Below, in pieces: positions 1-13,418 of a DNA stretch of 64,000 nt (its first letter is position 1; the number at the start of each line of letters is the position of its first letter). The notes under the pieces are model-generated. The model saw nothing but the letters and a program-made list of their open reading frames with translations, was not told the DNA's origin and searched no databases. Source of the stretch: Lama glama (taxonomy: Eukaryota); contig CM052817.1 in assembly GCA_028534125.1 (NCBI GenBank), forward strand, positions 23,810,001 through 23,874,000, given 5' to 3'. The translations under genes and the position numbers were made by a program.

Positions 1-59
1 AAGAATGCTAATACCCACACAAAAATATATACATATTCAAATACTACATATACAAATAC

Positions 60-199
60 CTTCGGATCCTTGTAAAGAAAGAGATATCCATCTCGTAAAA
101 CAAAATACCGGTCTTGAAATTTATTTCCAGACAGTATTTTAGATGGTTCTTCTTTGATTTTCAAGAATCCCTCTTTGATACTTCCCAGGCCCTTCCTCT
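60..199 (-). CDS. ARAP2: ARAP2 coding exon, 140 nt, phase 1->0 (start of PH5)
   Basis: ttttacag|AGAGGA...CCGAAG|gtattt; encodes ERKGLGSIKEGFLKIKEEPSKILSGNKFQDRYFVLRDGYLFLYKDPK. Confidence 0.95.
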
Positions 200-430
200 C
201 TGTAAAATACAAATTTTACTTTTGTAAGTTAGGTACATTTTCATTTATTTGGAATAGAATATGAAACATTTGTGTATATCTTCAGTTTTGATAATATAAA
301 GTAATAGCTTGTGTCTTACCATTAAGAAGAAGCCTCCAGTGAATTTCTGGGAACACCCTGTGTCAGGGGAGTGTCAGGCAACTCACAGATCCAGATCTAT
401 TTATAATCTATTTACAATATATAGGCCTGT

Positions 431-732
431 CTATGCTGTCCAGTTAGCTACTGGCTAATAAGTGCTTGAAACATGGTTAGTCTCAATTGAGACGTTCTAT
501 GAGTATAAAATACATACCATACTTTGAAGACTTAGTTATCCTCTCCATAAAAATCACAATTTTATAATATTGATTATGTGTTGAAGGGGTTTTACTAATA
601 TATTCTATTTAAACTTATGCCCAAAATATTAATTGCACCTGTGCACGTGTACATATGTGTGTATAAATGTGGCTACTAGGTAATTAAAAATTATATAATC
701 AGCTTGCATTGTATTTCTTTTGAACAGCACTC
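431..732 (-). mobile_element. MER33-like non-autonomous hAT-Charlie DNA transposon
   Basis: Terminal gctgtcca...gaacagc inverted ends, plus internal blocks gtgcttgaaa, caattgaga, gaagacttagt and aatgtggctactag colinear with the recalled MER33 consensus. Confidence 0.75.
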
Positions 733-3700
733 ATATAAACAATGCAAATGCACAGATAAAAGGGAAACCTCTTTTGGGTTTCTGAGTCAGGAATCCAGAA
801 ATTCTTAAGGCATTTGAGAAATTTCTGTACCTGTGAAACCAGCAAGGGTAAATACGACAGAACTGATAATAACACTTGTGCGATACTGCTGGTGTCCCAC
901 ACTTGGAAAGCATCTCAACAATTCTATTCAAAGCCACTTCTGGGGTAAGAAAACCATGTTGTATTTGTATAAATGTATCACTGTATCTCCAGTACACAAC
1001 TTTCTTCTTGAAATCCTGACAATATCCAACTGTCTCCATGAGAACTGAGGAACAGTGGAAAGAAAAGGAACCTGAAGGCCAACAGCCATGACACGGTCAC
1101 TGTGGGGTCAGCTCCTGCTTCTCCAGTACAACAGGAGTAATGGCACTCATCCTGCAGGCTGTTGTGGTCCTCATGTTAGATGGCATCCCCAAAAAATGTA
1201 GGGCAGGACACTCCATCAGGATGAGGACCTTTAGTAATTTCCTGGTATTAAGGTGATAGAGTTTTTAAATATTCATGCATAGTTTCTAAAATTTACAAGA
1301 TAACTTGAATGATTTTAGAAGGAACTCTTAGTCTTAAACCTAGTAATTCCTTGGTTTGGGGAAACCTTAACTTACACAGCAAATAATACACAGACGTTCA
1401 CAATTACAGTTAGCATAAGAAAACAAGAGCTTAAAAAAAATCGTTCTTAATAACTCCACAGAATGATGACCTGGAAGCAAAAATCCCCAGGGTAAACACA
1501 TCCTGATCCTATCCAGAAACAAAGGTAATTAACAAGACCCAATAGTTTCCATGATGTACATTGCTGGTCACAGACAATGTTCTTTTAATCACACTGTCAT
1601 ATTAAAATAGGTTCTTTTTAGGTAGTTTCTGACTTAAAACTAATTTGTGAAAAATATATTGCTGAATTATGTCTCCTGGAACAATCCCTTAATATTCAAC
1701 TTCATAGAAAAATATTTTAAATAATCTTTTATAGCTAAATAACTTCTACTTGAATTACAAATAACACCTTTTCAATTAAAAGACTTGAAAGAAAACATTT
1801 TACTGCAATGAGAAGATCAAGAAAAAAACAAACATTATATAAAACTAGTATTCAGCAAAATTCACATGACATCATTCATTTCTTCACAGAGTATTAAGGG
1901 TCTAGTATGCACTTGGTTCTAATAACATTAACGCAGATAAAGATGGCTTCTGGACTTGTAGTGCAGTGTTGGAGACACAGATAAACATGTGCTAACCAAC
2001 AATGCTTGTATATCCTGATAGAGTACAGTGAGCAATTTAGAAAACATTGGGTGAGCTTAGTGATTCAGCTGATTTAGAGCCAGAAAGTGGAGAAAAGCAT
2101 TTATCATATTAGTGATTTAGAAATAGGTAAAGCATTTAAAAGCATTAAATTACAATCAAGTTGTAAGATATAGATACTGTTTAAGCCAAACCAATTCTAT
2201 TCACACCTTCTGACTGTACCTTTTTCATTTAGATTTTGGTTCAATTTAATAAAGCTTTTTAATTTGACCAGTAAGAAACAATCATGAGTTCAGTGTCTAA
2301 GTAAATTACTCATAGGTCAAAGAGAAAACAGGATGCCTGGGGAATAAATATTGTTTCCATCTTTGGTGCATATTTATTAAAATTTACTTTAATAATCATT
2401 ATATATAATTAAGTATATTAGCTAAATCTTCACACATACACTGTTAAGGAACTTAGAAGGAGGCTTTGAGAGGAATATATGTTAAGGAGGAGGGAAGAAT
2501 GAAAAGAATTTTGAAATACAAAGTTTGATTACAAATATCAAGGACTTAAAAGAATTTTTAAAAGCTCTCATGATAACATTTCTGTCTGCTCTCAAAATGT
2601 TAAAATAAGTAGGAAAAATACCCAGTGCTTAAGGGCCAAAATGAAGTTGCCTACTTTGGGGAACATGCATGACTTAGTGTGTAACAAAACCAAGGTTTAT
2701 GAATTAAAGGGCTTCTAATAACTCACTTTTCCAAATGCTTCCAGTTCTGCGTGGTCCCTTGACTTCAGGGTACTTCACTCTCATATTTTCATTCCCTCCA
2801 CCTCATCCTCGGTAAAAAGCTTAAGATCTTTTGTTCCAGAAGAATATAGTTCAGCACAAAGTTCATACCAGCTCTATCCACCACACCTGCTGTCCAGACC
2901 CTGTCCAGGTTTGAGTTCAACTTGAGTTTGTCAGAATATGTTTCATGCCTTGCATGTCCCTTTGGACGAAGAGTTCAAATTTCTGCTACTGGGATGTTTG
3001 CAGTGGGATTTCTGCTTCATAATTCTTGAAATTCTGGTCCCATACTATGCTTTGGGCCTCCCCCTTTCTTTGAATCTTGCTATCTTCATAATTCTTCCCA
3101 GCACACTGGTCTTTCTAGATGTCAAGCTTTTTCAGCTCCTAACTTCAGAGCAGTATTTTTAAATTTCTAATAGCACATATGCAGTCCTTCTGGCCACGCC
3201 CCTTGTTACATCATTCTATACAGTCATATAGTCAGTTTACAGTCATGGAGGGTCCCTCTGATCCAATCAAAAAGAATGATTTTACATATCATATGGTCCA
3301 CGATATAAATCTTAGGCATGGTGTGATATAAGTTACTAAGCATGGAATATGTCTATGTAATAAGAATTTTAAAAAGAAAAAAAGGCACACCACGTATATT
3401 TGCTTTTAATTAAAAAAAACCATCTACAGCACATAATAAATAAAGCCATTAAGTAAATGACTTGGGAAAGCCATCTAATTCTTTTGCAGGTGTAACAGAT
3501 AGGAAGGTTTAATGTACAACCAAAGCATTTAATTCCTTCAGAGCAAGATTCTGGGATATACCCTGTAGGTTCAATTGCATTTACTACCTTTTTTGTCTTT
3601 CATTCCAGTCAAATTCCAGTATACTGTTATCTCTAGAGAATCATAAATTCCTCTCCCCTTCCTGGTGGTTGCGAGGGCAAGGAAAGCTCAGTTGGAGTTC

Positions 3701-4807
3701 AGTGAGGGGTCTTCAGAGTTAATACTGGGTGAAGTGATAGTTTGGTATTCTTAGTTATAGTGTGCGGTAACTGTATTAGTTAGAAAAGCCCTTCAAAATT
3801 GCATGTATGAAACAAAACAGAAATGAACAAATATATTTAAACAGAATAGATGTCATATAACTGGGACTCTGGGACTATGAAACTGATACCCTCCCCCCCA
3901 AAAAAGTTTTTCCAAACCATTTGAAAATCTCAACTTTTCATACAAACACAGTAATTTCTAACTAGTGGCCCCAAATCCCAATTAAATAACTGATGACAGA
4001 GACAGGAAGAAACAGAGAGAAAAAGGAGGTGAGGGAGAGGGGGAAGGGTAGACTCGGGAGTGACGGCTGTAAGATACACATGCCCCCTTATCCCTCAGCC
4101 ACTGCAGTCAGCACTGCAGCCACTGTTCTTCCAGAATTTCTCCTTGGGGTTCACCTCCACTTCTTTTTCAATTTCGTCTCTCTCTCTCTAACGCCTGCCT
4201 TTTCTACCTAATACCCAGCTTCCAGGGCTCTGTGACTCCATGTTCTACTTTTCTAATGGCTCCATAGGATTCCAGGTTCATGTTATGCAAAAATGTTCTA
4301 GCACATGAATCTCCTTTCCAAAGCTTTACTTTTCTACTATTTCAAGTCTTACTCACCCAACATTAAAAGCCTCAGCTTCTTTCCCTGAATTTTGAAGGGC
4401 TAAAGAAACTAGACTCCTCCTACGCATCTTCATAAACTAAAAAGGTAAGATATGGTATTTATTTATATTCAGTTGATCATAATAGTTTGCTTGGAAAACC
4501 AGTCCTTGTCTCTGGCGTGACTCAAGTGGATCAGTGGACTGAATCTGAAGGAACTCCCATTCTCCTTGGTTCTACACCTGCTCTATCTCCACTTCTGCAC
4601 CCAACTCAGCCATGACAATTTTTTTCTGACTACTTCAGTCCACATTTGTTATTTATGTCTCAAAACTCGAAGGGGAAAATTAGGCAATGACACGTAGAAA
4701 GTCACACTGGCCTCATAATTTAGCTCTCAAGTACATAATCATTTCCTGTTTGCCTTTTAAAACCATGCGGACTTTGGATTTTCCTCCCCAACCTATGTGA
4801 GAACTGA

Positions 4808-5005
4808 CATAGTCCACTGACTCGGAGCGCACTCTGGAGCTGGACCACCTGGGCTTGAATGACAACCACACCCTCCACTGGCTCCCAGGCAGTCATCTCT
4901 AAATCTCAGTCTCCTCACCTGCAAAACAGGGACCATACAGTCATCAACCAGTACATTTGGTACGTAAGTGCTGAGAACAGTGCTTGGTACAGAGCAAGCA
5001 GAACA
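4808..5005 (+). mobile_element. MIR SINE (degraded)
   Basis: actctggagctggaccacctgggcttgaat...ctcagtctcctcacctgcaaaacaggg...aagtgctgagaacagtgcttggtacag matches the MIR head, core and tail. Confidence 0.7.
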
Positions 5006-5035
5006 TAATTGCTTATTTATCTATGGAGGACAGAC

Positions 5036-5121
5036 ATCTTTCTTTCTCTTTATTTCTCTCTCTCTCTCTTTCTTTCTCTTTCTCTCTCTCTCCCCCCTCT
5101 CTCTCCCTCTCTCTTTTTTTC
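5036..5121 (+). repeat. (TC)n/(TTTC)n polypyrimidine microsatellite
   Basis: Directly visible, almost pure pyrimidine tract of about 85 nt. Confidence 0.9.
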
Positions 5122-5230
5122 CCTGCACTGCAGTCGGTAGTGAGAGGAATAATTACCCTTCCAAAGGTTTGATGATTTATAGACTGAATTTATAAGTTCT
5201 AAAAACTAAAATCTGATTTATCCTTGATTG

Positions 5231-5480
5231 CAGTACAGTAAGTGGTTGAGGAGGGAATACATGGCCTGGATTTGGAGAGATTCTGACTAATGCCTGCTCC
5301 TTCTCTTACCGGCAGATCACCTTGAGGGAGTTATTAATGCCTCCCTGTCCCAGCTTCCCCACTTACAAAAGGTTAGTGAGCACTATAAAATCTCCGAAGA
5401 CTACGAGGAAATTAAATAAGATGGTGTGCGCAGGGCAGTCAGCCCAGCCTCTGGCACACAGTGAATTCATGGTAACTACG
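5231..5480 (+). mobile_element. MIR SINE (near full length, degraded)
   Basis: cagtacagtaagtggttgagg...accttgagggagttatt...cagcttccccacttacaaaa...attaaataagat...ctggcacacagt. Confidence 0.65.
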
Positions 5481-8400
5481 AGCTACTCTCTCTTACATAC
5501 GATCTGAGCAGTGACAAGCCACTACACGACAATGGGTCCATTTCTCATGGTCTCTGTGTGTCTCCCTTCTTTTGCTGCCAAAACGTATTTCCTCAGGCCT
5601 GTACATTGTCTGAAAAACCAAGTTTCACCCCTGCCTGTGTAGTCCAAGTGCTGGAGGAGACAGTTTCCATGAGAGCCATTCTCCTGAAAATATGCCACAA
5701 CCAAGTGGCATTTGGCAATATTTACAGCCTAACATCTAAAATTTTCTCCCACATTAAAGATTATGCATATTCTTTTGTTTGATATTGACTGTACAGAACA
5801 CATGTATTCTTTATAACTTGGAGGAGGAAGAATTTCTGATATATTTCACTCACTGGCTGACATTCACTCAAAATGCATTTACTAAAATTTAGTTCTACAA
5901 CTGAGTAGAAATCAAACTGGATACAACAGCTGCCTGACAGTAATCTATTTCTTAGGAAAAGTCAAATGGGCGCCCCTCCCCCCATTCTCAGTCTATTTTC
6001 CTTTATGTTGCTGGTATTGAAGAAGCAGCGCTCAACAGAACTAGCCGTCTGATGCTCTCCTCTGTAATTAGATTACCCATAAATAGCACAGTTGTAAATA
6101 TCGTTACTACTGGAGAACTGACTAGAAAAGTGCCAGATTCCACGCCATTTTGCTGACAATGCAGCAAACTGCAGGAAGTAGAACACTACTTTTCTATTCT
6201 ATCAATAGAATTTCCAAGAAAATACTTCCACTTGAAGTGGAAGGACTAGGTCTTGCCTTCAACTTATACCCATCTTTGGAGTTAAAGAGATTTGATGCAG
6301 AATGGAATATAAATTCTTTCAGCTAGATTCTGATTTATGAACTCACAGTATTTTTGCTGGAATTTTCTTTTTTCTTAAGTCAGTCAACAGAGGACAGCTC
6401 AGCTTTCCAGGTCTGAATTTGCCGGAAGCAGTTGCATTTTGAACTATTCTATTCTAATGCAAATTTAATTCCAAAGCATCTGTCATATGCGGCAATCTAA
6501 ATTTAGAAACCCCCAGGCATCTGCATTTGAGTTACATCTTCTATCTTAAAAGTAGTTCTTCCCCATTGAGATCATTACAACCTGATTCCGTTGTATCACA
6601 TTCTATTGGGATAATATTAAAGAACTTTAGTGCTTAAAATAAGAGATCTGTGACATAAAATCACATATTCTGGAACCTTACAGAAGCTATACATGTATGG
6701 CTTACTTGTGATTGAGATGTTGAAAGTTAACTCAATACAAGAGATAACGATAATACAAGTTGTTCAAATAAGATTAGCTATGACAAAGTCTAAATGGCAA
6801 TTTAAATGAAGTTTTACTTCCTCCCTCTCAATGTCTCAGTCATAATCCGTGGGGTGGAAAAGAAATTTGGACTATTATTTTTCTTTTCAAGTTAGTTAAC
6901 TCCTCATTACAATAATGACAATAGCCCAAAATGTCTCTAAGAAATAAAATGTGACTTTTGAAAAACAGAATTGATTTTTAAGTAGAGACAACAGAAAATT
7001 CATTTACTCTCATACACTTCCATGAAAGTAAAGTATGTTATAACACTGCCTTAAATGAATGAACAGAAATTAAGTACTGGATGATTCTCGAATCTATTCC
7101 TTCTTGTAATGTCTGTATTTTAAACTGTTGAGAAAAAGTGAGAACACTGAGAGAATTGAAATCCCTGAACAACCCTAAACTTGTAAAGGTATTTGAGAAA
7201 ATTCTTCAGTTAGCAAGAAGGTGGTGAAAACAATATTAAACAAAAGTATAGGCTTAGAATATGTTACATAAAATCAGAAAGGCTATCATACAATTAACAA
7301 AATGCAAGTCATATGTGTGTGTAAGTGGATACAGGGTCGAGACAGGAAGAGACAGGGATTGGTAGACAGTAAAATTAATGACAACTAAGTATCAGGTATG
7401 ACAAGATAGGGTGCAAAGGATGTGGAAGTGTTACTTCAAGTTTTAACAAAATATTAACACATTCGCTATCTGTTACTGAGACAAATCTAGCTTTAACAAA
7501 TCACCTTTGTTTCAAACTCTGCTAATTTCTACTCTGCCTCCAGGTTAGAATAAAAAAAATCTTAAGAAAGGAAAGGAAATCATTAACAGTGTTTCCTTGC
7601 TGTAAAGAGCAATGTGTTTCGGAGATGATTCCAGCTTTTCTGCTAACGAATTGACAGAGAAATCACATTTGATTTGCTTTCATTATTGTCCTTTTAGATC
7701 CCAGTTTGAAGGAGTAGTGCATGTCAGGAATGGGGCAATAATTCCGGAGTAGGTGGTCACTGTGATTGATTTAGGAGACATTTGGCAAGACAGAGACAAA
7801 GGAGACTGAACACCTAACCAGCTTAAAATCTATCACAGAGTGTACCCTGTTAAGAAGTACTTAAAGAAGCTTTGGCCTGGTGTTTGTTTTTTAAATCAAA
7901 TTTCTTAAGTCACGATTTTTTCTTACAGTTGTGTCTTACAGCAACCTGGAGCTTTTAAGTGCTACTTTAAGTGCGCACAGAAGCAGGACCAAGTATAATG
8001 ACAAAGATTATTTTACTTTGACAATCTGAATATAAATCAGGCTCTAATTTAAAACGTTTATAAAATTTTCATTGGCTAGGAGAAAAACAAAAGTTAAATA
8101 TTGATTTCATAGGTACTCCTAGTTTTGACCAAAAATACATAACTAATAATATGAAATGTCCAATTACTGTATTTGCTGATGGAGTCACTCTAAACCTTGA
8201 TTTTTTTTCCCTTCAGGCAGAGGGACATAATGTCCTGGTAGAAAGGACAATAGACAGCATACTAACAAGTTGCATATCGGTTTGGCCAGTGGAGGTGGGA
8301 GAGTGCTGGGGCTGGGGTGTTTCATAGCTCCCACCTTGTTAGAGGAAGGAAGCAGATAAAAGAGTAACAGAAGTTTACTGCCATTTTACTCTAGAGGATG

Positions 8401-9032
8401 TTTCATCCAAATCCCTCAAACCGTCGCAGAAGCCTGCTCTCCACTGCTGGGCTCCCCAGTTTTCATGCAGGATGCTTTGTCTGGACCTTACAGAAGTCGG
8501 TTGCTTTCCCCACAGGACACACTCGCAACCCCGTAAAGAGGTCTTGTACGGATGTGTGAGGCATCGTTTTAAGGCCCAGTCTTCCCACCCAGTTTGTGGG
8601 TAGAGCCAATGTACAGTTTGTCACCGACTGCTACTTCCTGCTCTTAAACAATGTGAAGAAAGATTTTGCTCAGATGTGATTGCTCTAAATCCACTCAACA
8701 TAACATTGCTGATCTTTTTTTTTTTTCCAAAGATAAACAGCACTTAATGGTATCCTTGCTTTGGGTTATCACTCAGACCCACCTGCACAAAACCTTCCTT
8801 CATATTACAGCCTTTTAAGATCCTATTCTTGTCTGTTTTTATTCAGATAGCCAGTCCACTAGCATTCAAACAAGAGCTAAGTTATTATATCCAGGTGTGG
8901 GTTTCAAGTATTTTGCAATGTGGAGAATTAGGGACATTTCAGAATGTTAGGAAAAGGAAAACTGTCACCAGAAAGATAGTTTTTTTTTACCTGAAAAGAT
9001 GACTTTTACTTTCTAAAAGAAAAGAAGTCATG

Positions 9033-9082
9033 AGAACCTCCAATATATTTCATTTCAAGAACCTCTAATATATTTCATTTCA
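9033..9082. repeat. 25-bp tandem duplication (2 copies, 1 mismatch)
   Basis: agaacctc(c/t)aatatatttcatttca at 9033-9057 and 9058-9082. Confidence 0.9.
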
Positions 9083-9190
9083 TACTATTGACAGAACTTA
9101 GTTCATAAGCTCAATGTTTTCTTTATCTCAATGTTAAAATGAAAGACAAATAGAATTTCAGACCTACAAGAGATTACACAGATTATCTGT

Positions 9191-9405
9191 CAGAGATTCT
9201 CAACATGACAGCCCTGACATTTGGGGCCAGTTTACTCTTTGTGGTAAAGAGCCTTCCTGTGTATGCTGGGATGTTCAGCAGCATCTCTGATCTCTAAACC
9301 ACTAAATGCCAGCAGCACTGCCCCACTCAGTGTGACAGTCAGAAATATCTCCAGACACTGCCATGTGTCCCCCAGGGGACAAAATTCCCCTCCTGAGAAC
9401 CATCG
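9191..9405 (-). mobile_element. MER20 non-autonomous hAT DNA transposon, full length
   Basis: Reverse complement reads tggttctcag...ttttgtcccctgggggacacatggcagtgtctggagatattt...gctggcatttagtgg...gatgctgctgaacatcc...ggccccaaatgtca...gttgagaatctctg, colinear with the recalled MER20 consensus. Confidence 0.85.
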
Positions 9406-9675
9406 CTCTATGACTGGGATGCACGTAGCCTTCATATGGCTAGAGAGAATTCCTATTTCATTCCTTACATGTGTACAGAGGATGTGGTCAAAATCATACG
9501 TAGGAGTAACAAAGAAATTTAAAATAAGAACGTCTTTAAATGGCTAAATTTCCACTGCCAAGAGAATAGCTGTTCTGTTTCTTTAGCTGTCAGTAAGACC
9601 AGCATCACCCAAGTTGCTATACGGCTTGCATTTTGTAAAAATACTTTCCTGTAAGTATTGAGATATGAAAGGCAG

Positions 9676-10031
9676 AGTTATGGACTAAATGTTAATGTTT
9701 CTCTCCATTCTCATGTTGAAACCTTCCTACGCTGCACCAGGAGGCGTTAGGTGGAGGCGTCTCTGAGAGGGAATTAGGATTAGATGAGGTCGTGAGGGTG
9801 GAGTCCTCATGAAAGGGATTAGTGCCCTTATTAGGGTCACAGGAGAGCTGGCTTCCCCCCTCTGCTCTCCACTCTGGGAGGATACAGTCCCCAGTCTGCA
9901 ACCTGCACTTGGCCATGCTGGCACCCTGACATCGGACTTCTGGTCTCCAGGCTGTGAGAAATACACTTCTGTTGTTTACAAGACCCCCAGTCTATTGTAA
10001 TTTGTGAGAGCAGCCAGAAAAGACTAAAACA
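9676..10031 (+). mobile_element. MLT1A-type solo LTR (ERVL-MaLR)
   Basis: About 355 bp with gttatggactaaatg start, ttaggattagatgaggtcgtgagggtggagtcctcatgaaagggattagtgcccttat core, gctggcaccctgacatcggacttc...ctgtgagaaatacacttctgttgttt, and gactaaaaca end. Confidence 0.85.
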
Positions 10032-10189
10032 TTATGAAATCAGAAACGTATCAGGTTAGTTCCAGTACAGTTAAGCGCTTGCTGACTTATGGCTACTAAT
10101 TAGAGGGTCTGCAATCATACCAAGTAGCTTTACAGCATTTAAGAGCTGTACCAACCTGCCCATCTTTTTTTTTTCTTTTTTAATAATTA

Positions 10190-10405
10190 GAAGTAAAACC
10201 AATCTGTACTCCAATCCAATAATTAGTAAATAAATGTGTAATCTGGGGGCAAGTTACTTAATTTCTCTGAGGTTCTCTTTCCTCAGTTGTAAAATTCAAA
10301 TGACAATATAACTTATGGAAAAGTTAAAAAAATGGTTTAAATGAGTTTTGGTGTGGAGAGACCTTAGTTAATGATACACAGGTAATAAGCAGTAATGGTT
10401 ATTAG
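10190..10405 (+). mobile_element. MIR SINE fragment
   Basis: gggcaagttacttaatttctctgagg...tttcctcagttgtaaaat is the MIR core. Confidence 0.7.
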
Positions 10406-11166
10406 CAATACAAATGACAAAAGTTGTGGTAAATTTCATCTTATAAAACCCGAGTCCTCCGTTTTTGGATTGGTTGATAGCGTGGGCAGGAAACCTTTGT
10501 CTAATCTGTCAGTTGATGTCATCATAACAGAAGTACCAAAGTTTCAGAATGAAAGTTTTCTGATGTCTCATACCAGTTCAGAACCTGTCTCATATGGTTC
10601 CCTTGTGCTAGCTAAATTCTGACTTAACCTGGCACGTGTACATGTCTTCCCCCACTTGGATGGCTAATGTCCTTACTGGAAGTGTTTTACTTTGTACGTT
10701 TCCCAATATTACTGCAAAATAGACGAGAATTATTATCATGCATTCTCAGAGCCTGCACTTCTTGAATGCCCAGAGAATTTTCAAATGTAAACATAATTCA
10801 AAAAGATGATTCACCGTCTATCTAAAAGTTAAAAAAACACCTAAGCATGGAAAAAAAAAAAAGAAAAGAAAACCCCACAACTAAACAAAACAAAAAACCA
10901 ACTTAATGAGATGAACAGTTCCTTCCAAATCTTTAATTTGATACCATCAGCTTAACCAACTACCACCACGGTGCCACCCACCAGGAAGATCTGGCTGTGG
11001 CACTTGGTTTATATAGTCTTCTTTCTATTTTACAACAATATGTCAGTAGAGTCTACATTTACCTATGCATTTTTTTACATTTTCAAATAACACTTGTGCC
11101 ATAATAATTATCCTTTAAGCGGTTACATTTTCCATTGTAGTTGCAATGTGATTTAATAACACCTAC

Positions 11167-11295
11167 CATTATACTGTTTAATTGTGTCAATGGTGAAGAA
11201 TCTCTTCACCACAAGATAAGCAGAGCCAGGTTCAGCTAACGAGCTCCACCGAAGAACCTGTTCCAACACATTTTCTGTGTAGTGAAGAGGGCGCT
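11167..11295 (-). CDS. ARAP2: ARAP2 coding exon, 129 nt, phase 1->1 (RA domain)
   Basis: ttttttgcag|AGCGCC...AATG|gtaggt; encodes ERPLHYTENVLEQVLRWSSLAEPGSAYLVVKRFFTIDTIKQYN. Confidence 0.95.
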
Positions 11296-13179
11296 CTGCA
11301 AAAAATAAAACCAAATCAATATTTTATTACTTTTTTTGTAATTATACATTAAAAATCTTTTTAGAAAGATCTGTAATTAACAATAGACATAACTGTAGCT
11401 TATAGTACACAAGAATAGTTCTAGGACTACACACAAGAGACCCTAAGACGTGGAATATCATTAAGCACATACTAAGATTTACTGTGTAAATGAAATGTGC
11501 AGAGACATTTGTTTGTTACTCAACTGTTAAAAAAAAATTTACAGGTGCTATCCTTTAGATAAAAATCTCAGAGATAAAGCTACCTCTTTGTACAAAGAAT
11601 TAGTGAATTACTCTACCTTTTAATTTAGACATTCTGGTTTCCTTTATGGAAAGCTGCCTATTTGCATATACAATTTAATAACTGTAAAAGGACTTGTAAG
11701 ATTAATCTTGTCCGGTACAGATAACATAAATTAATCCTTTGTTTATCCTAACAAAACTAGCATAATTTCTAATCAACACTAGGGAACAACCTATATATAC
11801 AGTTGATAAAGTCAACTTACATGAAATTGTAAAATATAACACTCAATGAGAACATATGATACTCATTACCAAACACTACTGAGTAATCTCTGTTTAACTA
11901 TTAGTGGAAATATCAATCAGAAACATATGTAATAATATCATACATTAAATGTTGATATAAAATAGTTCAAAAAGCAAGAAGCTAATCTTAAAGACATCTT
12001 AAAGATTTCTTCTTGATAAATACTAATCCATATATACATTGTTTTCTGCAGTCATATATTTAAATGCATCAAAAGTTCTTAGCATAGAGTTAACAACAAA
12101 AAAAAACCTCATAGGTTTTTTAAAATTACAATCAGTTTCACAGGAAAGATTCTGCTGATCAAAATATGTCAATCAGTTAATACAATGTTACAATGGAAGC
12201 ATATGCTAGGAAAAAAAAAATTCAAACCTTCTCAAAGTACACTGAAAATAGCATAATTGAAATAGCAAGAACATAAGCTCTAACATGAAGATGCTTATGT
12301 AACTTTCCTGGTACCACAGCCACATATAAGTCAATTCAACACTTCCATCCCTTCCTACATGTAAAACACATAGTACTGGTGCTTTTTATTTTTGGTTAAA
12401 GTATGAATGCTAATGACAAACAAGAAAAAGTATGTTAATATCACCACACTTGTATATGACCCATGCCACTTTCGTAATAAAATCACAAGTAAATTACTGT
12501 TCTCCTCTATTCTGAGCACAGTATTCCAGAATTTATCAATAATCCCAGCTCCACAGAAGACAACAAGTTTTCTGCTTCCAGTGTAAATAACCAGATTTTT
12601 GCTCCCTATTCAGTGCAGTGGAACGCAGTCGGGCATTCTGTGCACACTGGTGCAAACCTACTCATTACGATGGCAATTACAAACAACAACAACAGAGCAA
12701 CCAGGCCAGACATCCTGGAGATAAACCTACTTCTTGTTTGTAAGTATACCTCCTGCACAAAGCAGAGTGCTGAGTATGTAACAGATGTTCAATAAATACC
12801 CGAGAAATAAAATATCTTACGAATGTCTATGATGACATATAAATTAACAGAAAATAGTTGTAAATGAGTAAGGAGACAAAATATAGTTCTTTATAAAATC
12901 AGACAAAATCTTTTGTGCTACATCAATTCTATTTTTTAAAAATAATTTTCTAAAAGGTTTAGCAAAAACCATATTGTCTGTAATTTGCCAATGTCATAAC
13001 TAAATTGTTGATTAACCCATAAATTGGTTATCTTCTATTAAGAGGTGATAATTAGAATTCATTATTTTAATATAAAACTATAGAACAGGCACTATCTTTA
13101 CATTTGTTATTATATATAATTCTTGGTTCTACTACTTGCAAGCTCTAGGATACCACTGATCCCATTAACAGTTGCCATT

Positions 13180-13418
13180 GCTGGAATAACAATTATGTCT
13201 CAGACGTCATATACACTTGGACATCTTACATCAGTTACTGCTTTTAATTTTTACAACACTCCTGATTACTGATCGTCATTATTTATATTTCACATGTAAA
13301 AGAACCCACGGATCAGAGAGGTTCAGACACTTGCCTAAAGTCAAACAGCTGGTTCAAATGAGGAACAGAGATTTGAATTTCATATCTGACTTTGTGCCCA
13401 ATATCTTAACTACTACAG
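13180..13418 (-). mobile_element. MIR SINE
   Basis: cagagaggttcagacacttgcctaaagtcaaacagctgg...agatttgaa...tctgact...tcttaactactaca is the reverse MIR core and head. Confidence 0.75.

Noticed and set aside
699..1048. Overlapping ORFs of 67-102 aa (699..902, 731..1039, 833..1048)
   Set aside because: No recognisable protein family, no matching splice signals to join ARAP2, and they abut or overlap a MER33 remnant. Treated as chance ORFs.
2721..3260. Purine-rich minus-strand stretch ending in a gtgagt donor
   Set aside because: All three frames hit stops shortly upstream of the donor and I found no convincing acceptor; possibly an old repeat I cannot name.
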